DNA of 64,000 nucleotides from Enoplolaimus lenunculus (Eukaryota): NCBI GenBank assembly GCA_030248215.1, contig JASANG010003582.1, positions 124,001 to 188,000 of the forward strand, read 5' to 3'. Shown piece by piece: positions 36,351 to 50,119 of this stretch (position 1 is its first letter; each line of letters starts with the position of its first letter). The notes under the pieces were generated by a model. It saw only the letters and a program-made list of their open reading frames with translations, ran no database searches and was not told where the DNA came from. The position numbers and the translations under genes were made by a program.

Positions 36351-36756
36351 GGTGGATTCAATTACAAATAACTGTTACATGTTCAGTTAACCTCTTGTTA
36401 TGTGCAGTAGACTATGAGCCCCTTTAGCGGAACCTGTATACGCAAATTTATAAGCAATACGTTGTTGGTCAACCATATATAAGGTAAACAGACAACATCT
36501 GAGTATCATTCCACACTGATGCACAAACCCCTGCTCTCGTATGAACTAAACATACGTGTATGTTAGTGTCACATGTTATCGTAGGACATAATAGTGAATA
36601 TCACACACACAGTTTATTGTACAAGTAAGTATATTACAACACAGTGTAAAATAAAATACAAAAATACAATAGACAATAAAGCCAGTAAGGGAGTGAAACT
36701 GCCTCTTACAACTGGCAAAATAAAAGGAAAATAAACACGATAATCAGTAACAAAAT

Positions 36757-39586
36757 TCAAAGATTGCGATCAAATTGTAGAAAATTATTTAGATCAACTT
36801 TAATTAGCAGTTTTCTAAACATTTTTGAGGTTTGCGCTCTTATTAAAGGTTTGTTATCTACTTGCTCAGGAAGTTGATTCCAAACTTTGATAACCCTATA
36901 ACGAAAGCTGTGCTTTATATAGTTTGTTTGGAATTTCGGGTACAATAGCTTCCTTGAATGACCTCTAGTATTGATAACGTCTGATAATGTAAAAAAGTGA
37001 TTGCATGCATCAACTTCGCCATTGATACATTTAAACATCATCGTAAGATCGTTATGTAATCGCCTAAGTTCTAATGGCTCAAGGTTCAGTTGAGCAAGCC
37101 GTAATTTATACGAACAATCAGCTATTTTAAACGAGTAAAAAGACGTCGAGTAAAATAACGCTGTACCTTTTCAATAGTATCTATATTCGTGAGATAACAA
37201 GGAGACCAAACAGGTGATGCATACTCCAGTAAAGGTCTAACATAAACTGTATACGCTTTAAGAAGTATATTCTTATTGTTCGTCAGGAAACATCGGAAAA
37301 GGATATTTATCGTTTTATAAGCTTTAGCCGTGATGGTGTTTATATGCACCGTACTTTTTAAATCGTGATTAACATAAATCCCGAGATCCTTACATTGAGT
37401 AACGGTGGGTAACCCTATATCAGCAACACCATATTGAAAACAGGGGTTATGCATTCCGAGATGTAAAACGTTACACTTTGGCAGCGATATAGAAAGTTGC
37501 CACTTAGCAGCCCACAGACTAATTTTTCTAGTGACTGTTGTAAAAATTCTCTACTATGTTGCGCATTGCTAGGACATACATTAACATAGAGTTTGACATC
37601 GTCGGCAAATATTTTAACAGAAACATCACATAAATCGCATATCAAGTCATTAATAAACATCAAAAATAAAACAGGACCAAGTACACTTCCTTGGGCAACA
37701 CCGGAAGTTTGGGGATAATAATCAGAAACTTCATCATTTATCTTAACTCTAAATTTTCGATTCGAAAAATATGCTTTAATCCATAGTGCTAAGTGTCCTA
37801 TTATTCCGAAGCTAGACAATTTCTTGATCAATTTTGGATGTGAAACAGTGTCAAACGCTTTTGCAAAATCGATATAAACTACATCTATAGAGTTACCCGT
37901 ATCTAGTGAGAGCGCCCATTCCTGGACACACTCTAGTAATTGTGTGCACGTAGAGCGTTTAGAGATAAAACCATGTTGATGTATAGATAACAGATTGTTG
38001 TCTGTCAAGTGTTTGGCTATAGCATTCTTAATAATCATTTCCATAACTTTTGAGCAGTTAGACAAAAGTGAAACGGGTCTGTAATTTAGGGGATTCGCCG
38101 AACACCCTTTTTTGTAAATTGCTATTACGTCGGCACATTTCCAGTCGTCAGGTAAAACGCCAGTGATAAAAGACTGTTCAAAAATATGCGCTAAAGGAAC
38201 ACACAGTTCATTTTTAAGTTCGCGAAGGAAAAACTGTGAGAACCCATCAGGTGAATGACTGTTTTTATTTTTTAGTTTTTTCAAAGAATCTAAGACCACG
38301 GATGGAGTGAACGAAATCCACGATAAACAATTTAACCCAGAGTACGGTGAACAATAGGGAATCAAACCGTCATCATGAATAAAAACATTGCAAAAAACAT
38401 TAGCAAATACACTGGCTCTTTCTTTATCATCAGTAATAATATCACCTATAGTATTTTTTAAACCTGAAATACCACCTCGAGCGAAGCATCGATTATTAAC
38501 ATACTTAAATAGTTTTTTTGGATCGCCTGCATTAAGTATTTTGTGTTCACGATTTTTGTTGAAACATAGTAACGCTTTAGAACATTTTGTTTTAAGTTTT
38601 CTGTAACTTTCGTAATTGCAGGTCTTTTTAGCAAGTTTCCAAGCTTTATGTTTTTCCGATAATAACTTTTTGAGATATAAAGGATATTTTTGCTTTTTAG
38701 AAACTGTATATTTTTTGGGAACGTACATGTCACAACAAATATTAAGAACACACCGTAAATAATCCCATTTATCTTTTACTGTAAAAAGGCTAATGAAACA
38801 AGTATCCCAGGGGATTCTACTAAGATATGCGCGAATGGACAGAAAGTTTGCTTTTGTAAAATCGTATTTGGAAGGCCCACGCTTCTGCACGTCAAGTTTG
38901 CCTGTCAACCTGAAATCGATCGATACGTGATCCGAAGAAACAAAATGGTCACCACATTCGACAACGGGTATATTCAACGGTGACGTGGTAAAAACTAGAT
39001 CTAACAAATTGTCACCTCGTGTTGGAAAGTCAACTAATTGTGTTAACCCACATTCTTGGATTCCCTCGAAAAAATTAGAAATCTCAGTATTGTTCGGACA
39101 AAAATTATTTGACCAATCTATCTCAGGATAATTAAAATCACCAAATAATGAGACGGGCCAAGAAACGTCACATACATGCTTCATATTTTTTATAAGTTCG
39201 GCAGAGTACAATATACTCGAGCTAGGTGGACGGTAGATACACACAACTCGATGTTTTGATGGTATTAATAGATCAACAGATAATAATTCAACGTCACAAT
39301 TTAACATTGTATACTCGGTAACAACATTTTTAATTTTTTTAGATATAAACAGAGCAATACCACCACCTCTCCTACCAGCGCGATCTTTTCTCACAACATT
39401 GAAGCTTGCAGTTACTATCAGCGAGTCGGGTATCTCATTATTAAGCCACGTCTCCGTAATGGCAACAATATCTAACTGTTCAGTTTCAAGTCGAGCTTCT
39501 AGGTCAGGCAATTTATTACTTAAACTACGAGCATTGAAATATTTTCCTTTAATTACATGTTTAACGCTGTTTAGATTCAATTTCAC
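36757..39586 (-). pseudogene. LINE ORF2 (AP endonuclease + reverse transcriptase), disrupted
   Basis: NARSL, ITETWL, GDFN, SDH (APE); NYRPVSL, DFAKAFD, QGSVLGP, FADD (RT); TRGH..KL...WN.LP C-terminus; frameshift near 37510 and stop at 37122-37124. Confidence 0.92.
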
Positions 39587-39594
39587 TCCCCTTC

Positions 39595-40554
39595 TTAGTT
39601 TACCTGAACAGTCACATTGTTGTCATTGTTGGAGATAGTATAATCAACCTTGTGGCGGTGACCGCGCACAAGCTTACCATCATTGTTGCGATCGCATTGT
39701 TTGAAAACAACTAGTTCTTCATTTATGACGACGAAATGTTCATTTTTGTCGGGTGATTGTTCTGCTAGTTCATTCAGTTCTCTGGCTTTCGCTCTAAGAG
39801 CCGCTGCAATTTTACGTTCGCTCAATGGCATTGAACGCCGAATAAAAATGTTTTTGAATTGCGAATTGTTTTTAACTTGGCGCCTGTTGAAGGATCGATT
39901 TGGCGACGCTCGATGACGGTAATTGCACTTTCAGTAATCGTGGATACGTGCGAGAGTTAGTTGCAGCATTTTTTGATGTGCGGTTCGGTGGATCGAGAAG
40001 ACCCATTCGAAATACCTGGCATATTGTAGCAGACGGGTCGAGGGATTTGACTAGTTGTGAGGCATCATTGAGGTCGTCGCCGTTTTCTGGAAGACCGGCG
40101 AGTACGATAGCGCGGCGATGGTTGTCGTCGTCGCTTGATGGTGCGGCTTGAACTACACGCCCGGGTGGTCCGGCATTTCGACGGGCAGCATCTGCGTAGT
40201 TACATGGACCTGCAGCATCGTCAGATGTGGTCGAAATCGTAGTTGCAGCCACCACGGCGTCGTTTGTTGCGGTCGAGATTTTGTCAACAGCGGTTTCCAC
40301 AGCTGTGGTGATCGCCGTAGTCACATCGCGTTGCAGCGAATCTAATCGTTGCTCGAGGCGGTCGATGCGGTCGACGGTAGACGATCCCGACAGATTCTCT
40401 GCCCGCATTCGTTCAGCAATTTTTTCGCAACGAGAGCAGACGATGAGCAGTCGATTGTATGCTGCTATCGCGGGGACTAGCTTCATGTCTGTGGGCTTAA
40501 GGGCACATGAGTAGTGAACCCAAAATCCGCAGAGCCCGCACTCAAAACAGTCGC
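39595..40554 (-). pseudogene. LINE ORF1 remnant (partial PHD finger, coiled coil), frameshifted near 39875
   Basis: C..C..W.H..C...C..C, heptad-like RIDRLEQRLDSLQ, IVLAGLPE, RMG, PRLLKV; continues in 39595-39831. Confidence 0.8.
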
Positions 40555-43160
40555 ATATTTCAAATTTAGTGCAAGTAATATGACATTCCGCAGACAGCCA
40601 TAAAACATCGTATGACTCTCCGCGGACAATGATGACTGTCACATACCCTTTGTTGAACTACCAGAAAGCGTCAAATTGAATTCTTCTGAACTACTCAAAA
40701 CGATGATTAAGAGTTGAATTTCTTGGTAAAATTTGAATTTCCCTCCAAAATATAAAATTTTGAGTTAATACTTGAATTTCCCACGAAGATTTTAATTTAC
40801 CTTTAAAATTTTAATTTTCTGGCCAAAATCAAAATTTGTTGTACCAAAATTTTATTTATCATCAATGTTTAAATTTAACACCAAGGTTCGAATTTTTCCG
40901 CCGAAATTTGAGTTATTTTAGCCATAAATTTTCTGCTGAAACTTGGATTTCCCGCCAAAACGTTCATTTCCTTCCAAAATTTGAATTTTGCCGCCAAAGT
41001 CTAAGTTTTCGCTACAAAATTTAAAATGTCATCAAGGTTTGAATTTTCCCGCCAAAATTAGAATTTCGCCGCTGATTAAAATTTAAAGTAATGTGCCACC
41101 AAAATTTGAGTTTTCCGCCAAAATTAAAGTTCTATAACCAAAATACGCTGATATCATACACATATTACAGTTAACTTTTTTGTTTCTCAATATCATATAC
41201 GTTCGAAATGCACGGTAACAAAATATGTATGTAATATATGTGTAAATATGTTTAAAAACTGTATTTAGCGCCTAAAGTTAAGGCGACTCAATTAGTTTAA
41301 TTATTCAAACAACTAAAAGTCTGAATGCCCACAGATGAAATACTTACCATTTTTGTCTTGCGGTGACCCTATATTTGCCTATCCGGCAAATAACTTGTCT
41401 CCACTGTGTTTTTGGTGGGAAAATTGAATTTTGCCGGAAAAATTAATTTTTTTGGTATAAAATTCAAATTTTGGTGGGATAAGTCAACTTTTGGTACTAT
41501 ATTTAACATTTAGTGGCAAAACACATATTTTTGCTGCAAAATTCAAATTTTGGCGCGAAATTCAAATCTTGACAGAAATTGAAATTTTGGCGCGAAATTC
41601 AAATTACAGCGGGAAAATTCAAATAATGACGGGAAAATTCAAATTTTGGTGGCAAATTCAAATTTTGGCGGGAAATTCAAATTACGGCGGGAAAATTCAA
41701 ATGATGACGGGAAAATTCAAATTTTGGCGGCGAAGTTCAAATTTTGCTAAGAAAATTCCAATTTTGGCGTAAATTTTTAATATAGCTCTTACTTTTGGTA
41801 TGCGGACATTTTTTCAAAGCGAAAACTATATGTGGACATTTCGCGGAAAACGAAAACTATGCATGGACACGGTAGCTAGCTAAAATTGTGTCCACTCAGA
41901 GTTACTGCGATAATCTATTGCGTCAACAGAAAAAATAAACAGGGCGGACAATTCGTGTGCTACCCAAACCAACGGTAACGTGGGAATGACATACGTAAGA
42001 CGTTATCAATGTCCTGACACACCACAGTCATGTATTTGACCAGAGTTCCTTCCGAAAGAGTCTGGACAATTAATACTAGTTAACTACACATATGAAACTG
42101 TGTCATGCCTTTAGGTAGGATTTGTATTTTGTTGCTGTTCGCAATGGTGTAGGTGGAACAATTATATGTCCGCGTGTGCCTTTTAACGTGAATGACCCAT
42201 GAATGTCTCAATTTATAAAAAACTATGTCAAAAACCAAATTTTACATCAAATTTTAGTATAAAAAATTAAAGTCGCAAACAGTTCCAATATAATTTAAAC
42301 CTGCACGAAAGTTTCAGATAAACGTCGAACTTACGTTTGCTGAAAAACTGCAAAACAGAAAAGCAGATGTGCGCAGTCAAAAGAACAAATTGTAAATTTT
42401 CTCAATTTCATCTGACGCTCTGGCCCAAATTATCTTCTTTAAGTAGGATGCTGCGAGTCCACGCTAAACTCTAAAATAACCGCAAATCAAATGTTTGCTC
42501 AGTTGCGAATAAAAATATTTTGCAATCTGTCGAGCAGTATATGTACTGTTAAATATACTGAATTTTGTGGCAAAATATTGAAACTGTATTTACAGCTGCG
42601 CCTAAAATATAAAATTCTATTGGAATAAACCAAGCTAATAAACGGAAATGTAAATATCAAGAACATGACCAAAAACTGCGTGGAATTAACCTTTGATTTT
42701 GAACTATTAAAAAAGCTTTCGTTCGGTATATGTTCCACAACAACTAACCAGTGGAGGAAATAATTGTAAATTATTACCATGTATTGTTATGTTTAATTGT
42801 GCTGGATTCTCTGCTTTAAGGCAAATCCTTACGTGGCTGCATTTCCTGTCCATACGTATCGAGCCTTTTTGCGAAGTGTGATTTGTCGGTTTTAAATCAA
42901 TCATGTTTGGATATTGTTACAACGCCCGGTTCTCACCACCTGGCACCTGAAGAATTTCAAAGTGGTCTACCTAAACAAAATAAACAAAGCCGAGTAGATG
43001 AGAAATCCGAAAATGAATCTTCATCTCCGGTCCGGATAACTTGTAATCCAGATACAAGAAACCCGGATATAATGAGAAACCAGAATAAAAAGGATTTTCT
43101 CTTGTCCCGTGCTTCCCAATATAATACAGTGCGTTTTGAGTGACAGTGTGATGTCGTAAA

Positions 43161-43787
43161 GTAGTCAAACAGGTCAGTCAAAAAAGTGAAGTTCAATGAC
43201 AAGTGCAATTGAGTCATTCGGTCAATTATCTGGAGAGCACTTCCGGTTTACCAAAGAAAAAGTAATTTTAACTTAATCGTTTTGAAAATCTATTTTTGTC
43301 TGTTTTTATATCTATAACTGAAACTGATGTTACATCCGTAAACAGTGTCATACGAAGTGTTCCTGCACTTCTGAACAAAATAGACAAACCCGGATATAAG
43401 AGAAATCCGGATATAAGAGACTTCTTCTCCGATGGAGACTACTCTCTTACATCCTGTACAAATTACACTGTCCTGCATAAGAGATTAAGCCAATGTCAGG
43501 TGACATTCACATTTTGTCTGCATGACCGCTATTCAGACCACATTTTATGTTGATGGCGAATGAACATGTACAAAACGTGTTCCGGGCTGCCCGAACATGA
43601 ACCACGCATAACGTAACCACCCATATATGCGGCGCCGTTTATGCAACTCGTTTTATCTACGCGACGCACATTTGCTTCAGCTCAACGTCTCACTCTTTCA
43701 AATCAAGTACGTATAGGTTTACAAACCCCATCCATTAAACCTTTCTCTAAATTTCTTAAAAAACTGTAGGGTCTCCATAATAAAAAA
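43161..43787 (+). repeat. Segmental duplicate of 23372-23998
   Basis: Near-identical alignment. Confidence 0.95.
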
Positions 43788-43801
43788 CTCTCCAATATTA
43801 A

Positions 43802-44064
43802 CCCCTTCTCACATTGAGTTGCTTATAGGCAACTCAGAGCAGTGCATATACGTTCAATAATATATATCGCACCGTGTTTAACAATTGCAACACGTATACA
43901 TAGTACTGGATTACCACAAGACGTGAGAGCCCCCTCGGGCTCGAGCGTCAAGCTCCTGTAGCTGAGTGGTGATGGTATACGCCTCCCACTCCAGTCACTG
44001 GAGTTTGAATCCTAGCATAAAAGTAGGTGTCAGGGGAATTAAAAAATATTCATGTGAGAAAGGG
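43802..44064. mobile_element. piggyBac-type MITE containing a tRNA-like A/B-box cassette
   Basis: TTAA|CCCCTTCTCACAT...ATGTGAGAAAGGG|TTAA; internal TAGCTGAGTGG and GAGTTTGAATCC; absent from the paralogous positions (~24980, ~55310). Confidence 0.8.
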
Positions 44065-45145
44065 TTAAACATGCTCCCATTATAGTGTTCTAAAATACGA
44101 AAATATATAGTGTTGGGTATCGGTTAATTTTTCATATCCAGATATCCGGCAATTCTTGCCGGATAGTTATCCGGATAAAAATTTAGTTTCGTATATCTGG
44201 AACTCGATTTTGCGTTATTTTGGGTTTCCAAACCTCAATTTTTGTTTCTCATTACTTGCTTTGGCCATTTGAGGTTAAGTTGATTTGGTTGTCTCCGTCT
44301 GATTTAATTCAATGCAACACAGATTCCATCGAATGTCACCCTTCCCTCCAAATATATACACATGAGTTGTTTTTACGTAGCAAGATGAACGAACCATATT
44401 ATAATATACTAACGCTAAATCGTACAAACATCAGTCCATGTTACTTTTAGCGGTGCCCTGTTTTAACCTGCGGATTCAGAAATTTCTGTCGGGGCAGCCT
44501 CGTAAACATTTTGAAGCACAACTTTTCACCAAAAAAGTTTTCTAAGGGAATAAAATTGCAAGATGGGACCTAATTAATTTTTTTCAGAGGGATGACAATT
44601 GCAAGGTAAAGACCTTGTCATCTCATCACATAAAAATTTGTGTGGGGGCGTACGCCCGGCCGCCCTATTTGGATCCACTATTGGCCGCCTCACTATACCG
44701 ATATAGACAAGTCTTAAATTTTAAACTATTTTTTTTGCTTGAGCTTATGCTATCATTGAAACACGTTAGTGTTTACAATATATGTTTCAAGCATCGAGAA
44801 TGCACGCTTTTTGAAAGTTTTGCAGAATGTTCTCTGCAGGAAAGCAGAGTTGGAATGAGGTAACTTGCGTATAGAATATCCTAATTAGCCGCTTCGACAC
44901 CATACACAATTTTGCCGGCTAAACGTCTCGTTTAAGCTGTTATTTAAAGTTTGATTTTTGTTAGTTTTACAAAATACTTGTATTAGAAATATTTATTACC
45001 ATAGCTAGTCGAAATTAATTTTTGATGCTAGGATTGTGGGATGCTAGTGACACCGTGCAATAGATTACGTGTCAGACTTAGGCGTACGCTTAGAAGTAGT
45101 CTTAGCATAAAACCTCGCCGTATCCCATGTAAAAGAAAGAAACTA

Positions 45146-46066
45146 GGTAAAAGTGCCCCTAGAAGGGACAGATTGTGATATGTTTCGCTTGAAGCATGTA
45201 AAATAATTTAAACAAGGGTTAGTTAGACCATAGATCAGTAGGTAAAGCTCATAATATTAGCTCCATAACTTCTATGAAAATAGTTGTCATCTATATCTTT
45301 GACGGCTGTCTTTCAGTGTTAACACGCTTGCGGTCAAGTGAAACAAGAAACATATGGGCCCAACGAACTTTCATCTGCTAAGCTATAAATCGACACTGGG
45401 TTTTCAAGGCGTTCTAAAATACAACTCTCAACATGCCTTTCGTATAACAGTCAGTTGCTTTTTAAAGTTATCTCAATTGAGCGCCAGCAGAATATGTTCT
45501 TTGAAATATTTAGCAACGTTTGAATGCTATTTTCTAGATGAATAACTTAAATATGTCACGGCACAGAACACAATTTGGAAAAGTTTCTAGACTTCACATC
45601 ATAAAATTGTCACGGTAAAGATAGGTAAAATAGTCGAGCACGTATGCGTGAAATTTTTATTCCATAATCAATAGACGCAATTTGTAATCTTGCAATATTG
45701 AAATATTTACTAATCAAGTTTTAGAAACATAAATATTTTAAAACTCAAAAAATATCCTCTTCCAATGAAGAATGCTAGATTAGATCACTTATAAACTGAA
45801 CATTGTATAACCCAACAAAGGCTAAAACTAAGCTGATAGGTGATGTCCCTTGGGCCATATGTTTCTTGTTTCACTTCACCGCAAGCGTGTTAACACTGAA
45901 AGACAGCCGTCAAAGATATAGATGACAACTATTTTCATAGAAGTTATGGAGCTAATATTATGAGCTTTACCTACTGATCTATGGTCTAACTAACCCTTGT
46001 TCAAATTATTTTACATGCTTCAAGCGAAACATATCACAATCTGTCCCTTCTAGGGGCACTTTTACC
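45146..46066. mobile_element. Non-autonomous DNA transposon with ~220-bp near-perfect TIRs
   Basis: 45146-~45365 is the reverse complement of ~45850-46066 with very few mismatches; TA (or CTAG) flanks; no internal ORF. Confidence 0.9.
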
Positions 46067-46260
46067 TAGTTTAGCTATATTTTAGACACGTGTTTCGCAA
46101 ACAGTGTGTTTGCACTTTCTAGGTTTTGAATTCGCTACCAAAGCACCCTTGTCTTAGTTAGGTATTCTCTTCAGGCAGCAGCTTGTTCCACCGCGTCGAA
46201 GCGTGCTTCATGTGATACATACATCTTCTTTTGCCTCTGTCATTACCAATGTTAGCGTTA

Positions 46261-46791
46261 TGGGTCATCCACATTATACTATCTATGCTACGGTAAAAAA
46301 TTGTCCCCACATAAAAGCCTCTAAGTCGGTAGTTTCATTGTTTCCAAATTATATGTTCAAATGTCACTCAATTCTTGTGTAGACCCTGCTGACAACGCGC
46401 ACTTTCTAAACGACCTATGCTCAGTCACGTTGCCGTATTTACCAATGCTAAGTTGTCAATACGTTATTTAAACGACAACTGTTTTGTCCAGAGTCTATCG
46501 GAAGGGAATCAGCTTATTTCATAACACAAAGTTTGTCCGAAGGAACTTTGCATAGCGATTATACAGGGTCAGTTCGAAGGAAGTCGTATTGTCAGACACT
46601 GTGTTCAGACAGTGCCTACATTGCCCTTAGTCCCTTCGAAGGACCTGCTGCCAAAACCCACTAGCTAATTACACCTTCTATCAAGTCTTTATAGCTTGAG
46701 AATGAGAACATCCTCGTTTTGTCCCGCCCTTAAAGCCAGGTGTGTGGACAATTTTTTACAGCAGCGTAGATAGTATTTCGTAGATGACCCA
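46261..46791. mobile_element. PIF/Harbinger-type MITE
   Basis: TTA|TGGGTCATCC...AGATGACCCA|TTA. Confidence 0.85.
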
Positions 46792-49700
46792 TTAGTAATT
46801 GGTCCTCATTTCAAGTTAGCATGTATACTGGTTTTACTGGAGCAATAATGCTCAATGAAACTTTCTGTTCGAGGCCGAACTGTACTTCGTTAGGTCGATT
46901 TTGGTTAGGCATACAGATGCTGGGTATACGACATCAGCAAAATCCAATGGTAGTTCAACATAAAGTTGGATTGAGATAATGTGATAATTACTCTAATGAA
47001 AGAAATTTAATATCAACAAACGGGCGTTCCCGACCAGCAACAGCATCACTAAGTGGTGATAATAGCCATAATGAAACGACTCAACTAAACCCGAAAAAAT
47101 AATTTCTGTGAAATAACTACGAGATCAATGATATTGAGAACATATAATTTTTTGCACAAAAATGCGCGATGATCCTAGTAGAGATAGTATAACCAGTTCC
47201 TGTGACCTATCAATTGACTTAATTCATCAGAGGGTGTTTATAGATCAATACGTAGAAGTACAGTTGTGCATTGTGAAGTACTGCCACGTGCTGGTTAGTT
47301 TATCCGATAAAGTCGAAAGCGACCATACCTACCTAGACTATGCCAATATGTATATTATATTGTACCACATTTCGTGTATGTAAACTCAAGATTCAGCATA
47401 TTTGATAGCGTGAAAATAACTGTTTTTCGTAGGACTTAAATAAGAAACAATAGTCCAAAATCTAATCCTACTCTTCTGCAGTCGTGCGAGAAAGCAACAC
47501 AGCCGTAAAAATGACATGGTCTGGACATGCAGTTGCACACACAAATAAATCGAGATCCACCGTAAAACCTGGTCATACGGAAAACGGTTTGTCCCATGAT
47601 GATTAGACGTCAACATGAAAATTCGGGCCCTCGTATCGGGTGTACATGCCAACAAGGGGTCGCATGTCTTAGGATATTGTGGGACATTTATATATGCGAA
47701 TATTATTTAATTTTCTAAAATTACAGCGAGTATATTATGGTATTCACCGGGAGACTGTAATCCTATTAATGTGCTCATAAACGACTAACAAAGAATAGAT
47801 ATGCTTTGTACAGTGTTGGGCACCGGAAAAAATAATACAAAAACGGTTTTCTTTCGGTATTTTCTATTATTTCTGAATGAATTGAAAAAACAGAAAAAAC
47901 AAAAATTTTTATATTAACCTCAGTAAATTAATCGCAAAACAGCGACAAAACATCGCGAGAAACCGTGCGAAATTGGTTGTTCTTATCCGGATATGAAAAA
48001 TATGCGGGAGTGTATCCGAAATGAAAATTTATCCAAAATCATAGTTACAGCCAGAAAAGTTTATAATTCAATGGTGCTAAATGAATTGTTTGCCCCGGTG
48101 ATCGCTGGTGTTCGATCCGATTTATTTGGACGCATATGTAGGTGCTTGTGGATCCGTGACATCCTGTATGCGATGACTCTGGGCGGACCTATCCCGCACT
48201 TACGCAACTTGATGTTTCGTTCAGAACTTAAAACAATTCTAGCACAAGTTTAAAAGGCGGACGACAAGCGGCATAGACCAACAAAAATACCTTAACTTAT
48301 CATAAGTAATTCACGTGCCAGTAACAATCACCGTAATGTTATTCCGTTCATACATCAAATTCCGGCCGAGTTAGTTTGAACATAAAAGAACTTTTTGTTT
48401 CTTCATCCATGTTGTTTATAACCAGGGCGTGATAAGAACCTTATTTTAAAAAGGAGATTACATTAATTAAAGCTTAATTGTGAATGAGCAAGTCATTACA
48501 GCCTGAAAGTGCCTTTTCTTTGTTTGTTCAAAATTTCGTGGTGAGATATAACCGAGCTATCCTTTCCTTTGTAAAAAGATTTTCTAAACCTAAACGCATT
48601 TCCCAGCCACTCACCGCAACGGTCCAAAATCTTTAAAACTAAGGTCACTCAATAAAACCAATCTAGAAATGTTCCAAAATTTTTATGTTAAGTTGTACAT
48701 AACAACAGCCTAAATGTATTGCTAGGTCTAACAAAAAATTGTCCGAATATGTATGATTACTCCATAACAGTTTCATGGAAAAGTTATCCGCTCCTAATAT
48801 ATACATAAGCCAATATTGCAAAATGTTTGTTTAGGTACGTCATTTGTGTTTGTTCCCTATCATAATTTACTTCCTGCGCCACTGCTGGGGTCTAGTGTCT
48901 ATGGAGTATTTTAAGCAAGATGACATGCTAGAAGAAGTTAGAGGGTAGAAACTGGCAGATTCCAGGAGAAACTGGAAAACAACCGGGCTTGTTATCAGAA
49001 CAAAGAAAACCCGAAATTTATTTGTGTTAAGATTTGATACTAAAATAACGGTCTGCTTCTTAGAACATATTGGCGAATTCAACAAGGGCATCAACTGCTA
49101 GCCCTCCTACCACCAGAAGTAAAAATATGTTTGTTTTGATTTAGAAATAAAAACCGTTTGTTTTGGCAATCTTTGCTCGAAAGGTGTTCGCTCAAAAATT
49201 GCCCGATTTTGAAAGTTTTGCATAGTTAAGCTTTCCATGACGTCATCTGATCATTTCACACCCAAATTTAAGTTTTGTATAAATTTCCTTTTAAATGTCT
49301 TGTAACGTGTTCCCTGGATATTCAAAAATTGTTGTAATTAGATACGTTTTTTGTTCGATATGTCTTTAATCCTAAAACACTAAGTTTTTGTACGTCCTTT
49401 TTATTTATGTAAAAACAATCTATATGAGAACATTTGATGCAAAACAAAAATGACACGGGGATATGCGACTTTGCGACCGAGAAGCCAGCATCCTCCTTCA
49501 TTTAGTCTCTGTACATTGGGTAGAACCATTGTTGCTGAAAATTTGCCAACAAGTTGGTGCTGCAAGTGATTTTTGGCTCCCGTTTTAGTATCATTGCGTT
49601 GCGTCCACCCCCGCGCGCAAAAAAGCTGGGGATCGACATGGCTTAACTACGTACCCCTTGTCACCACGCCACTGCCCATTTGTTGTAAATATGATTTCTC

Positions 49701-50119
49701 TTAGCTTTTAATCAAATTTAATTTAGACCGTAACATTATTGACTCTACAAAGCAAGCATCTTCGCTTTATTAATATTTAAGATAGTTTTTAATTTAAAAA
49801 CAACAAAAATTTTAAAAATACTTTAGACAACGTTATTTACGCCTCATGTACTGCACGCAAAATTGTCTGTTAAACCAAATTCAGCAAGTTTATTTCCTTT
49901 AGCTGTATTCTTGAAATATGATTTATTTTCACTAGCTAGGCATATTTTTACGCTGTAACTGACATCTATTAGCCTGTGGTTTTTTATTTATGAGCTACAA
50001 AGTTTTGATTAGCGAGCAGTCTATATATTCATCATCTTTTTGTTAAATTAATAGCTAAATAGATATGTAATAAGAAGATAAACTTTCTAACTTAGAGAGG
50101 ACTCTTACATGTCAGCAAC

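Larger units (their letters stand above)
36602..40554 (-). mobile_element. 5'-truncated CR1-group LINE
   Basis: ORF1 remnant, ORF2 APE-RT, AATAAA plus (TG)n tail; ATAT on both sides (36598-36601, 40555-40558); the empty site is visible in the paralogous block at ~51870. Confidence 0.92.

Noticed and set aside
42330..42780. Membrane-protein exons (paralog ~53620-54040)
   Set aside because: Splice-like sites exist but there are multiple stops and no identifiable family.
46850..48300. Short ORFs 47162-47383, 47386-47655 and 47993-48253
   Set aside because: No convincing motif, splice pattern or paralog support.
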